Assembly: GCA_963845565.1 (NCBI GenBank)
Contig: CAWJSJ010000002.1
Coordinates: forward strand, 1,664,001 to 1,728,000
DNA length: 64,000 nt
Origin: an uncultured Methylomirabilota bacterium
GTDB lineage: Bacteria; Methylomirabilota; Methylomirabilia; Methylomirabilales; 2-02-FULL-66-22
Direction: 5' to 3'
Below, piece after piece: positions 1-9,028 of the stretch. The position numbers were made by a program, and so were the translations under genes. Position 1 is the first letter of the stretch; every line of letters starts with the position of its first letter. The notes under the pieces were generated by a model. That model searched no databases. It was not told the DNA's origin and worked only from the letters and a program-made list of their open reading frames with translations.

Positions 1-431
1 TCTTGCAGACGCACCTCTTCGGTGCCTTCGCCCTGACCCGGGAATGCGCCCGCCGCATGATCGAGCGGCGGCGCGGCGCGATCGTGATGATCGCCTCGAT
101 GACCTCGCTCTTCGGCATCCCCTCGGTCTCGGCCTACGGCGCCGCGAAATCCGCCGTGGCCGGCCTCACCCGGCTGCTGGCGACGGAGTTCTCGCCGCAC
201 GGGGTCCGGATCAATGCGGTGGCCCCTGGCTGGTTCGATACCGCGCTGAACCGTCAGGCCTTCGCCGGCGACCCCAGTCGCCTGCAGAAGATCCTGTCCC
301 GCACGCCGCTCGGGCGCGTGGGAGACCCCCTGGACGTGGGTTATGCTGCGGTCTACCTCTGCTCCGCGGCGGCCAAGTTCGTGACCGGCGTCGTCCTGCC
401 CGTGGATGGCGGCGCCAGCGTGGGGTTCTAG
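1..431 (+). CDS. SDR family oxidoreductase (KduD/gluconate 5-dehydrogenase-like), 5'-truncated by the window edge
   Basis: YGAAK (YxxxK) catalytic motif, RINAVAPG, C-terminal VTGVVLPVDGG. Confidence 0.9.
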   Translation, partial: LQTHLFGAFALTRECARRMIERRRGAIVMIASMTSLFGIPSVSAYGAAKSAVAGLTRLLATEFSPHGVRINAVAPGWFDTALNRQAFAGDPSRLQKILSRTPLGRVGDPLDVGYAAVYLCSAAAKFVTGVVLPVDGGASVGF

Positions 432-577
432 CAGGCTGCTGAAAACGGCCCATCTGCTGCGTTGGCTTGCTCGGGCACTCGCTGCGGCGTACCCATAGTA
501 CGCCTCACTCGGCCCCGGGTACCCATCCGACAGGATGGGTGACGCCGCCTTGCATCTGGACCTTTTTGAGCAGCCTG
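432..577 (+). mobile_element. MITE-like element family A, copy 1
   Basis: Terminal inverted repeats CAGGCTGCTGAAAA...TTTTGAGCAGCCTG; homologous copies at 42588-42750 (reverse) and 62917-63043; non-coding. Confidence 0.75.
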
Positions 578-783
578 GGCGAGGACGGGTTTTTCAGCCT
601 GCGATCAGCGGGCAGCGGTCAGTGACGGAAGGGGGCCGGGGGGTACCCATCCGCAGGATGGGTCTGGCGCAGCGTCCTCGGGATGGACCTGAGGCCCTGA
701 TTTATGCGCCGAATCTCTGGGACAGGACACTAGCAGGCCGCTGACCACGGCCCATCTTCCGGGTACCCATCTCTTGGATGGGC
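517..783 (+). repeat. Three REP-like hairpins GGGTACCCATCC-N3/4-GGATGGG (517-540, 641-664, 761-783)
   Basis: Read directly; two more variants at 42633-42655 and 42698-42725. Confidence 0.8.
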
Positions 784-834
784 ACCCATCCTCCGGATCG
801 GTATTTGGCGCGTTGCCATACAACGGGGAACTTC

Positions 835-2100
835 ATGCGGCACAAGGGCTGGGTCGTGACGTTTTCGGGACTGAGCCTCAATCTTGCTTTGGGCATCCTG
901 TACGCCTGGAGCATGTTCAACAAACAATTGACAGAGACGGTGGCCCAGGGCGGTTACGGCTGGTCGAGGACGATGGCCACGCTGCCCTACACCCTGGCCA
1001 TCGCAAGTTTTGCCGTGTCCATGATTCCTGCCGGACGCCTCCAAGACACGCTGGGGCCTCGAATTGTTGCCTCGGCGGGAGCCTTGCTGTGCAGTGTGGG
1101 GCTTTTTATCTCGAGCCTGGGATCGCCCGCGTCAGCGCTGCCGATTATCCTGGGCTTCGGAGTGTTGAGCGGTATGGGTTTCGGCCTGGGCTACGCGGCG
1201 GCGACGCCGGCGGCCGTCAAATGGTTCCCGCCGCAAAAGAAGGGACTCATCACCGGGATCGTCGTGGCTGGATTTGGCATCGCGCCCGTCTACATCGCGC
1301 CGCTTTCGAAGTGGCTGCTATCCAACTTTGGGGTCAATCGGTCGTTCCAGGTCTTGGGGGCGCTGTTTGCGGTGGTCGCAGGGGTGGCTGCGCAGTTTAT
1401 GCGCAATCCCCCAACCGGGTTCGCCGCCAATGCCAAACCCGCGTCGCCGTTACTCGCCCCGGACCATTCGAAAGACCTGACCTGGAGCGCCATGTTGAAG
1501 CGGCCTGTGTTCTATTCTCTGTTCCTTCAGTATGCCTGTGCCGCAACCGCGGGGCTGATGGTCATCGGTCACATCGCCAAGATCGTGGCCACTCAATCGG
1601 GCAACACGATCCAATCGGGGTTCGTCTTCGTGGCGGTGCTGGCCATCTTCAACGCGTTGGGACGCGTCATCGCCGGCCTGGTATCGGACATCATCGGGCG
1701 GGTGACCGCCATGGCAATGGTCTTCACCATGCAGTGCCTGGTGATGTTTTCCTTTCATCACTTTACCAACATGGTGAGCCTTCTGGCGGGGACGGCCTTG
1801 GTGGGATTCAACTACGGCGCATGCCTGTCATTGTTTCCCGCCACGGCTGCGGACTTATGGGGGACAAAACACCTGGGAGTCAATTACGGGATCCTGTTTC
1901 TCGCATGGGGTGTCGGCGGCGTTTTCGGGCCGCTACTGGCTGGCGCGGCGGCTGACGCGACCGGCACGTATACGTCCGCCTATCACATTGCCGCCGGGAT
2001 GCTGGCCCTGGCCTCGTTCCTGGCGATGGCCAATCATGTCAGTCTTGATTACAGCGCGACTGAGCAGCAGCTGGTGATCACCGTGCGCAAGAAGAAATAG
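835..2100 (+). CDS. OFA family MFS transporter (oxalate:formate antiporter-like)
   Basis: About 12 hydrophobic segments, LGILYAWS, GRLQDTLGPR, KWFP..KGLITG and NYG motifs; start placed at ATG 835 after GGGGAA. Confidence 0.9.
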   Translation: MRHKGWVVTFSGLSLNLALGILYAWSMFNKQLTETVAQGGYGWSRTMATLPYTLAIASFAVSMIPAGRLQDTLGPRIVASAGALLCSVGLFISSLGSPASALPIILGFGVLSGMGFGLGYAAATPAAVKWFPPQKKGLITGIVVAGFGIAPVYIAPLSKWLLSNFGVNRSFQVLGALFAVVAGVAAQFMRNPPTGFAANAKPASPLLAPDHSKDLTWSAMLKRPVFYSLFLQYACAATAGLMVIGHIAKIVATQSGNTIQSGFVFVAVLAIFNALGRVIAGLVSDIIGRVTAMAMVFTMQCLVMFSFHHFTNMVSLLAGTALVGFNYGACLSLFPATAADLWGTKHLGVNYGILFLAWGVGGVFGPLLAGAAADATGTYTSAYHIAAGMLALASFLAMANHVSLDYSATEQQLVITVRKKK

Positions 2101-2157
2101 CCGGCAAATCCGCCCGGTCAAGAAATGAACTCTCGCATGATGAAACTGGGGAACGAA

Positions 2158-2374
2158 CTATAGCCGAGTCCGACTCAACTCCTCGCACGTCGCCAGGACA
2201 TGCAGCACCCGTTCGTCCGGCAGCCCGCCTCGATGTCCGCCAGGACCAGCTCGCACGGCGCGTAGTCGCGAACGATCCGCTCCAGATCCAACCGTGTCCC
2301 GCCGACAGGCCGGGTCGGTGTGCCAGCGCGCCCGGCGCGATGTAGCTGATGAGCAGGCGTGGGTCGTGCGACAT
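2158..2374 (-). pseudogene. Degenerate gene remnant (N-terminal MSHDPRLLISYIAPGA joined through two frameshifts to C-terminal DYAPCELVLADIEAG/LPDERVLHVLATCEEL)
   Basis: GGAGG RBS before ATG 2374; protein-like segments in three successive frames ending at TAG 2158. Confidence 0.5.
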
Positions 2375-2650
2375 GTTGCCTCCGCTGGGTGGTCGGCGGC
2401 GAGTATCCGGCGTCCGGGCGGCCGATGTCAAGGGGGACGCGAGGGTTCCGGTATGCGACGTTCTCGCGTTCTCGCCGCACGTGACGAGCCTTGTCCGCGG
2501 GCCCGTCACCGGGTATCATGGATGCATGATCAGGTTCGTGTGCTCCCACCCGGATTGTCAGGCGCCACCGCATCCGCGTCTTTCGGTGAAGCGACGGGAT
2601 CTGCCGCCGGAGGGCGGTTCGGCGACCGCTTGGCGCACACCGGGACGGCG

Positions 2651-3403
2651 ATGGCGATGAAGGCCTCCGGGCTGTCGATCCTTGCCGGAACTGCACTGGT
2701 CGCGGCCGTCGCCTGGGGTTCGGTGGGGGACGGCCGGGTGCCCTTCGACCGGCTCCCTCAACCCGCGCAGGAGCGAGTGCGCGACGTGGTGGATCACGCC
2801 GTCTTCGAGCGCACCGTGCGCGACGTCACGTTCCGCAGCCGGGAGTCGCTGTTCCTCTATTTTCTGGACCATCCGGATGTCGCCGCGGCCGCGGCCCGGG
2901 CGCTGGGGGTGGCGAACTATCAGGTCCAACGACGACCCGACGGCACCTACTGGGGCGACGACACGCGCGGCGCCAAGGGAATCGTCGAGGTCGTGTACGC
3001 CGACCCCCGCAAGCGCGTCGTCCATGCCCAGGGGACATACGACACCAAATGGCTCCCGACCATCCATGCACGCATCGTCCTAGTCCTCGATTTCGAGCAC
3101 CACCAGGGTGCGGACGGCCACGCCTACGCGGCCAGCGACGTCACCGGATATCTGCGCGTCGATAACCGTTTCCTGGATGCCCTGGCCCGCCTGGTCGGCC
3201 CCATCGTGGTCGGCGCCGTGGACCGCAAGGTCGCGCGCACGGCCGGAATCGCCGCGAAGGTGAGCGAGCGCGCCTACGACGATCCTGCGGGTTTCCTCGA
3301 GGCCCTGCGAAAACTCCCAGACCTCGATCAGACGCATCTCGCCGCCGTGGCCGCGCGCCTGGGGAACACCGACGGCAGTCGTCCGGACACCTCTTCGCAC
3401 TAA
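2651..3403 (+). CDS. Hypothetical exported protein
   Basis: Signal-peptide-like N-terminus (MKASGLSILAGTALVAAVAWG), GC3-rich codon usage, natural composition. Confidence 0.75.
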   Translation: MAMKASGLSILAGTALVAAVAWGSVGDGRVPFDRLPQPAQERVRDVVDHAVFERTVRDVTFRSRESLFLYFLDHPDVAAAAARALGVANYQVQRRPDGTYWGDDTRGAKGIVEVVYADPRKRVVHAQGTYDTKWLPTIHARIVLVLDFEHHQGADGHAYAASDVTGYLRVDNRFLDALARLVGPIVVGAVDRKVARTAGIAAKVSERAYDDPAGFLEALRKLPDLDQTHLAAVAARLGNTDGSRPDTSSH

Positions 3404-3460
3404 ACGACGGACTGGCCCGGTCGCGACCGCCCGCCGCAGAGTCAGGACGCCACTATCGGC

Positions 3461-3489
3461 TTGACCTCGCCGGCATTGACGCATAAGAT
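3461..3489 (+). promoter_or_regulatory. Putative sigma70 promoter of the fatty-acid cluster
   Basis: TTGACC-17 nt-TAAGAT, 20 nt upstream of ATG 3510. Confidence 0.6.
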
Positions 3490-3509
3490 GCGCGCGGGAG
3501 CGAACGGAT

Positions 3510-4268
3510 ATGTCGGGAAATACCCCAGTCGCCGTGGTGACAGGCTCTTCGCGGGGCATCGGGCGCGCCATCGCCCTCGCCTTCGCCGCGGCGGGTTACG
3601 ACGTGGTCATCAACCACCGAGCGGTGGGCGGCACCTCCGAGGTGAAGGCCGAGGAGGTGTGCAATCTCGTGCGCGAGCGCGGCCGCCGGGCCTTGCGGAT
3701 TCCGGCCGACATCGCAGAGCGGGAGGATGTCCGGCGCCTGTTCGCGGGGGTCACGGAGACCTTCGGGCGGGTGGATGCGTTGGTGCTGAACGCCGCCCGG
3801 GCCCCGTTCAAACCGGTGGAGCGCTTGCTGGAACGCGAAATCGACCAATTGGTCGCCACCAACTTTACGGGCCACCTGCGCTGCGTGCGGGACGCCCTAC
3901 CGCTGCTGGACGCCGCCGGCGGTGGGTCGGTGGTCTTCATCTCCAGCCTGGGCAGCCGCTTCTATTCGCCGAGCTACCCGTTGGGCCTCATGAAGGCGGC
4001 CATGGAGGCGGCGGTCCGGCACTGGGCGGAGAGTCTCGCCTCCCGGGGCGTCCGCGTCAACGCCGTCTGCGGCGGGGTGGTGCGGACCGATTCGTTCAAG
4101 ACCCTCCGCCAGGTGTGGGACGGCCTCGATCGCATTCCCGATGCGTGGTGCGTAGAGCCGGAAGAGATCGCCGATGTGGTCCTCTTCCTCTGTTCCGGCG
4201 CCGCCCGCGGGATACGGGGCCAGACCCTGGTGGTCGATCGGGGAGTGGCCAACCGGCTCGCCTGCTGA
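3510..4268 (+). CDS. SDR oxidoreductase, FabL-like enoyl-ACP reductase
   Basis: TGSSRGIG, NAA, ISSLGS, extended Y-x5-K (YPLGLMK) instead of YxxxK; first gene of the fab cluster. Confidence 0.75.
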   Translation: MSGNTPVAVVTGSSRGIGRAIALAFAAAGYDVVINHRAVGGTSEVKAEEVCNLVRERGRRALRIPADIAEREDVRRLFAGVTETFGRVDALVLNAARAPFKPVERLLEREIDQLVATNFTGHLRCVRDALPLLDAAGGGSVVFISSLGSRFYSPSYPLGLMKAAMEAAVRHWAESLASRGVRVNAVCGGVVRTDSFKTLRQVWDGLDRIPDAWCVEPEEIADVVLFLCSGAARGIRGQTLVVDRGVANRLAC

Positions 4269-4308
4269 GCGATCTGCGGAATCCAACGACTCATACGAAA
4301 GGTGCGTC

Positions 4309-4878
4309 ATGCAGAATCTCATCTCCGAAGACCGTGTCATCGCCGAGATCATGAAGATCGCCGCCGAGACTCTCCGGGCGCCGGAGGGAAAGGTGACTCC
4401 CGACAGCTCCTTCGTCCGCGACCTGGGCGCCGAATCGCTCGATTTCCTGGACATCGACTATCGGATGGAGCAGGTGTTCGGCATCAAGATGGCGCGCCAC
4501 TTCTTCCTGGAACACGTGGAGGAGATGTACGGCGAAGGGGCCGCCATCGACGAGGACGGCGCCCTCACCAAGAACGCCCTGACCCTTCTGCGGATCCGGT
4601 ACGGCGAGGAGAATCTGCCGGACCTGTCGAACGGACTCGACATGGATAAGGTCCCCCCCCTCATCACGATACGCTCCATGGCCGACGCCGTGCACAGCAT
4701 CTTGGCCACTTTGCCCGAGCACTGTCCGGCGTGTAACGCCAGCCAGTGGAAGACCGACGACGGCACGCACATCGTCTGCGGCGCCTGCGGCGAGGCGGCC
4801 CCCTTCACCAACGGTGACGATCTCATCCGCAGCTGGCTCCAGCGGGTGCAGGACGAGACCGGCCTCTTCAAGAACTGA
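4309..4878 (+). CDS. Atypical acyl carrier protein (189 aa) with internal insertion and C-terminal CxxC-x14-CxxC metal ribbon
   Basis: DLGAESLDFLDI phosphopantetheine site, F-G-I-K motif, CPAC...CGAC. Confidence 0.85.
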   Translation: MQNLISEDRVIAEIMKIAAETLRAPEGKVTPDSSFVRDLGAESLDFLDIDYRMEQVFGIKMARHFFLEHVEEMYGEGAAIDEDGALTKNALTLLRIRYGEENLPDLSNGLDMDKVPPLITIRSMADAVHSILATLPEHCPACNASQWKTDDGTHIVCGACGEAAPFTNGDDLIRSWLQRVQDETGLFKN

Positions 4879-4899
4879 CGCGACGGAGGATCGGTCCTC

Positions 4900-6192
4900 A
4901 TGCATGTCGTCGGACCTCCACGCCGGGTGGTGGTCACCGGGTGGGGCGTGGTGAGCCCCCTGGGACCTACCGCCGAGTCCACCTTCCAGGCCGCCGCCGC
5001 AGGCCGATCCGGAATCCGGGCCCTCACGGCGTTCGATCCCACCGGCCTGCCCTGTCGCATCGGCGGCCAGGTCGCGGACGCCGGTGTGGCGCCGCTGGAT
5101 CCTGTTCTGGACCCCCCTACGCGCCTCCTGTCACGAGGGGTGCGCTTCATGCTGACCGCCGCCGCCGAGGCGGCGGGCCAGGCGAAACTCGCGGAAGCCG
5201 CCGACCCGGCCCGCATCGCCATGGTGCTCGGATCGCACGGCGAGAACCCCACCTTGGCCGACGTGCTGCGCCGCCACCGGTACACCAACGGGGCGGGGCA
5301 ATGGGACATGGCGGGATTGGCGCGCGAGCGAGTGGGAGATCCTTTCGCGCTCCTGCGCCGGAAGCCGGACGTGGCGGCGGCCCTGGTGGCCGCCCGCTTT
5401 GGACTGCGGGGCGCCAACCTGTCCATTTGCTCGGCCTGCGCCGCCGGGGCCCAGGCCGTGGGCGAGGCTTATCGCCTGATCCGTGAGGGTCGCGCCGACG
5501 CCGCGCTGGCGGGCGGCTGCGAAAGCGCGCTCAATTTCGTCGGCTTCGTCGGTTTCCAGCTGCTGAAGGCCATGGCCGAGAAGTACAAGAGCCCCGAGAC
5601 GGCCTCGCGCCCCTTCGACCGGCGGCGGTGCGGTTTCGTCATGAGCGAGGGGGCCGGCGCCCTGGTGTTAGAGACCCTGGAGGGCGCCCGGGTCCGTGGC
5701 GCCGCTATCCTCGGCGAGGTCTTGGGGTACGGCGACTCCGCCGACGCCTACCGCATCACCGACACGCATCCGGAGGCCGAGGGGGCGATTCTGGCGATGC
5801 AAGGTGCCCTGGCCGATGCCGGGTTGCCCCCCGACGCGGTGGAGTACGTGAACGCGCACGGAACCTCTACCGCCGTCAACGACGTCACCGAGACCCGTGC
5901 CATCAAGGCGGTGCTGGGCGAGCGGGCCCGGACGGTGCCGGTCAGCTCCAACAAGTCCATGCTTGGCCACACCATCGGCGCCGCCGGCGCCATCGAGGCG
6001 ATTCTCGCCCTGATGGGGATGCGCGTGGGGTTGGTGCTGCCCACCATCAATTACGAGTACCCGGACCCGAAGTGCGACCTGGATTACGTGCCCAACGTGG
6101 CCCGGCCGCTGGCGCACCGGGTGGCCCTGTCGAACTCCTTCGGCTTCGGCGGTCAGAACGCGTGCCTGTGCCTGGGCCGCGGTGATGTCTGA
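4900..6192 (+). CDS. fabF: Beta-ketoacyl-ACP synthase II
   Basis: Intact Cys-His-His triad (SACAAG, NAHGTST, GHTIGAAG), RPFD, SNSFGFGGQN. Confidence 0.92.
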   Translation: MHVVGPPRRVVVTGWGVVSPLGPTAESTFQAAAAGRSGIRALTAFDPTGLPCRIGGQVADAGVAPLDPVLDPPTRLLSRGVRFMLTAAAEAAGQAKLAEAADPARIAMVLGSHGENPTLADVLRRHRYTNGAGQWDMAGLARERVGDPFALLRRKPDVAAALVAARFGLRGANLSICSACAAGAQAVGEAYRLIREGRADAALAGGCESALNFVGFVGFQLLKAMAEKYKSPETASRPFDRRRCGFVMSEGAGALVLETLEGARVRGAAILGEVLGYGDSADAYRITDTHPEAEGAILAMQGALADAGLPPDAVEYVNAHGTSTAVNDVTETRAIKAVLGERARTVPVSSNKSMLGHTIGAAGAIEAILALMGMRVGLVLPTINYEYPDPKCDLDYVPNVARPLAHRVALSNSFGFGGQNACLCLGRGDV

Positions 6193-6300
6193 GCGGGCGG
6201 TCGTGACCAGGGTCGGTGTCTGGACGCTCCTCGGCAGCGGCGCGGCGGCCGCCTGGGCGGCGCCGGGAACGCCGCCCGCGTGCTGACGGCGGTGGATTGA
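6185..6300 (+). pseudogene. Internally deleted ketosynthase remnant
   Basis: ATG 6185 reads MSERAVVTRVGVWTLLGSGAAAAWAA (KAS N-terminus); another frame ends GNAARVLTAVD-stop at 6300 (KAS C-terminus). Confidence 0.65.
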
Positions 6301-6303
6301 GCC

Positions 6304-6777
6304 ATGCGGTTTCTGTACTACGACCGTATCGTGCGCATCGAGCCCGGGCGGCGCATCGTGGGGGTGAAGGCCTTCGCCCTCTCGGAGGAGTTTCTGCGCG
6401 GCCATTTTTCCCGCGAGCCTCTGGTGCCGGCGCCCATCCTGCTCGAGGCCATGGCGCAGGTGTTGGGCTGGGGCATCATTCATGCCCACAAGTTTCGCCT
6501 CTCGGCGCTCCTCTCCCTGGCGGAGGGTTTTCGGATGGAACGACCCCGGCTGCGCCCGGGCGTGACCGCTACCATCACCGGCGAGATCGTCACCACCACG
6601 CACCGCGACTCCCTCGGCCGGGCCTGGGTGGAGGCCGACGGCGAGCGGGTGGCCACGCTCGGCCGGATCATCTACGCCCACCTGGCCCCGGTACCCGAGG
6701 TGGAGTTGCTGCACCGGTTCTGTTATTACAGCGGACTGACCCGCGAACAAGCCGTGGCAGAGGGCGGACTGCCGTGA
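6304..6777 (+). CDS. FabZ/FabA-like 3-hydroxyacyl-ACP dehydratase (hotdog fold), copy 1
   Basis: RFLYYDRI, GHFSREPLVPAPILLEAMAQ (His and Glu retained). Confidence 0.85.
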   Translation: MRFLYYDRIVRIEPGRRIVGVKAFALSEEFLRGHFSREPLVPAPILLEAMAQVLGWGIIHAHKFRLSALLSLAEGFRMERPRLRPGVTATITGEIVTTTHRDSLGRAWVEADGERVATLGRIIYAHLAPVPEVELLHRFCYYSGLTREQAVAEGGLP

Positions 6778-6884
6778 GCGCCCGCGCCCGTGCGCGCGCC
6801 GAGGCGGCGATCCCGGCGTCACCCCTGGCCGGTGGCGTGACGGGCCGGTGTTTTGACGTGGACGGGGGGATGGACATCGCATGA
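6774..6884 (+). pseudogene. Remnant of a FabG-like SDR (C-terminus only)
   Basis: GTGA overlap with the upstream stop; 36 aa ending ASPLAGGVTGRCFDVDGGMDIA-stop, overlapping the acpS ATG (ATGA). Confidence 0.65.
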
Positions 6885-7288
6885 TCCGGGTGCTGCAGGG
6901 GATCGACGTGGTGGAGGTGACGGCGGTGGCCGAGATGTGCCGGCGCCACCCAGCCTTCCTGCGAGAGACGTTCACCGACGAGGAGCGCGCCTACTGCGAC
7001 GCGCAGGCGGACCCCACCCCCCACCTGGCGGCGCGCTTTGCCGCCAAGGAGGCTGCCCTCAAGGCCCTCGGGCTGGGGTTGGCCGGCCCCGAGGGGATCG
7101 GTGCCTTGGGCGCGGTGGAAGTGGTGCGGCGCCCATCCGGGCGGCCGGAGCTGCGGTTGGTTGGTTGGCCGGCGCGCATGGCATCCCGTTGCAGCGTGCG
7201 GCAGACCACGGTCTCGCTGTCGCATACGGCGGGCGTGGCGATGGCGTCGGTGGTGATGGTGACGGACGAGCCATTCGCGGAGGAGTGA
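6881..7288 (+). CDS. acpS: Holo-ACP synthase (phosphopantetheinyl transferase)
   Basis: GIDVVEV, FTDEERAYC, LAARFAAKEAALKALG, SLSHT. Confidence 0.92.
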   Translation: MIRVLQGIDVVEVTAVAEMCRRHPAFLRETFTDEERAYCDAQADPTPHLAARFAAKEAALKALGLGLAGPEGIGALGAVEVVRRPSGRPELRLVGWPARMASRCSVRQTTVSLSHTAGVAMASVVMVTDEPFAEE

Positions 7289-7292
7289 GCCT

Positions 7293-7745
7293 GTGCGTTT
7301 CCTACTGGTGGACCAGGTCCTGGCGTGCCCGCCCACGGGGCCGGTGCGCGGGGTCAAGAATGTGGCCATGAGCGAGGACTTCCTCGAATTCCATTTTCCG
7401 GGTAATCCGGTGATGCCCGGCGTCCTCTTGCTGGAGGCCATGGCCCAGCTGGCGGGCTGGCGCGAGGCGGCCGTCAGCGACTTCACCCGCTGGTTTCTGC
7501 TGGACCAGGTGCGGCGCAGCGCCTGGTACGGGTTCGTCCTGCCCGGCGATCAGGTGGCCCTGACGGTGGAGCCCTTGCCGGATCCGGCCGACGGCCGGCG
7601 GGCGTTCCGTGGACTGGGTGAGGTGGGTGGCCGCAAGCGCGTGGCCGCCGAGTTCGAGGGCGCGACGGTGCCACTGGCGGAACTGGACGACCCCGCCGTG
7701 CTGCGCCAGCACTTCCGGCGGCTGTGCCGCGAGGGTGGCTTCTGA
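7293..7745 (+). CDS. FabZ-like 3-hydroxyacyl-ACP dehydratase, copy 2
   Basis: RFLLVD, KNVAMSE, HFPGNPVMPGVLLLEAMAQ. Confidence 0.88.
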   Translation: MRFLLVDQVLACPPTGPVRGVKNVAMSEDFLEFHFPGNPVMPGVLLLEAMAQLAGWREAAVSDFTRWFLLDQVRRSAWYGFVLPGDQVALTVEPLPDPADGRRAFRGLGEVGGRKRVAAEFEGATVPLAELDDPAVLRQHFRRLCREGGF

Positions 7746-9028
7746 TGGAGACGCGCACGGTGGCCATCACGGGCGTGGGGCTGGTCAGTGCCCTGGGGCA
7801 TGGGGTGGCGGCCAACTGGGAGGGGGTGGCGGCGGGACGCTCCGGGATGACCGCGGACGGCGATCCGATGTATCCCCCCTGGATCCGTTGGGCGGGTCGA
7901 GTTGCAAATGTCGCCCTGCCGGCGGGGCTGGATCCAAAACTTCTGGGGCAGGCCAAGTTCCTGAACCGCGGCGCCCTGCTTGGGTTGGCGGCGGCATGGG
8001 AAGCGACGCAGCAGGCGGCCCTGCCGGCGGCCCTGCCGGCCGGCCGGCGTGCCCTCTATGTCGCCACCGGCGACTTCACCATGGCGGATTGTACGTTTCT
8101 CTATCCGGCGGTGCGGGACGCATCGGGGGGTCGGTTCCGCAAGCTGGATCCCGAGCGGTTGAACCGGGCCACCGTGGACAAAGTGAATCCGTTCTTCCTG
8201 CTGGAATCCATCACCAACAACCCGTTCAGCTTCGTGTCGGCGGCGCTGGGCTGCATGGGCCCCGGGACGTCGCTGGGCAGCCAGTCCCCCAGTGGGGCGC
8301 ACGCCCTGGAGTTGGGTTACCGAGCGGTGCGAACGGGGCGGGCCGATGCTGCCGTGGTCGTCGGGTGCGGGGCATGGGTGGGCCCAGTGCCCCAGCTGGA
8401 GATGAAGGAGTTGGGCCTATCGTCCGCCGCGCTGGCGGGTGCCGCGTCGTTCCGCCCCTTCGATCGCCGCCGCGACGGCTTCCTGGTCGGGGATGGTGGA
8501 GCGGCGCTGGTGCTGGAGCCGCTCGAGACGGCCCGGGCTCGTGGCGCCGTCGTGCACGGCGTGGTGCGCGGTGTGGGAAACGGCACCGGATCGTCCTCCC
8601 GCCTCGTGGTACAGCCTGAGGTGGCCCTGGCCGCCATGCGCGAGGCATTGGCGGAGGCGGCGGCGGCCCCCGCGGGACTGGGTTTCGTGTGTCCGCACGG
8701 CAGCGGCACGCGCAAGGGAGACCGGAGCGAAGGGGTGGCGTTGTCCGAGCTCTTGGCCGGTACCACCGTACCGGTGTGTGCACTGAAGCCCTATACCGGC
8801 CATCTTGGCGCTGCCAGCGACGTGGGCGAGGTCGTGCTCGGGCTGTCGGCCGCCGTGCACGGCGTGGTGCCCGCCACGCTCCACTTCACCGCGGCCGAGC
8901 CGGCATACGCCGCGCTGGCCCTGGCCGCCACACCGCAGCCCTGCGCCGTTCCCCTGTTCCTGTCGATCAGCTGCGGGCTTGCCGGTCAGGCGGCGGCCGT
9001 GGTGGTGGAAGCGACCCCGAGCCGATGA
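7745..9028 (+). CDS. FabF-like ketosynthase with Ser at the catalytic Cys position
   Basis: VAITGVGLVSALG, RPFDRRRDG, PHGSGT, GHLGAAS; GSQSPSGAHA aligns with CSACAAGAQA of FabF. Confidence 0.85.
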   Translation: METRTVAITGVGLVSALGHGVAANWEGVAAGRSGMTADGDPMYPPWIRWAGRVANVALPAGLDPKLLGQAKFLNRGALLGLAAAWEATQQAALPAALPAGRRALYVATGDFTMADCTFLYPAVRDASGGRFRKLDPERLNRATVDKVNPFFLLESITNNPFSFVSAALGCMGPGTSLGSQSPSGAHALELGYRAVRTGRADAAVVVGCGAWVGPVPQLEMKELGLSSAALAGAASFRPFDRRRDGFLVGDGGAALVLEPLETARARGAVVHGVVRGVGNGTGSSSRLVVQPEVALAAMREALAEAAAAPAGLGFVCPHGSGTRKGDRSEGVALSELLAGTTVPVCALKPYTGHLGAASDVGEVVLGLSAAVHGVVPATLHFTAAEPAYAALALAATPQPCAVPLFLSISCGLAGQAAAVVVEATPSR

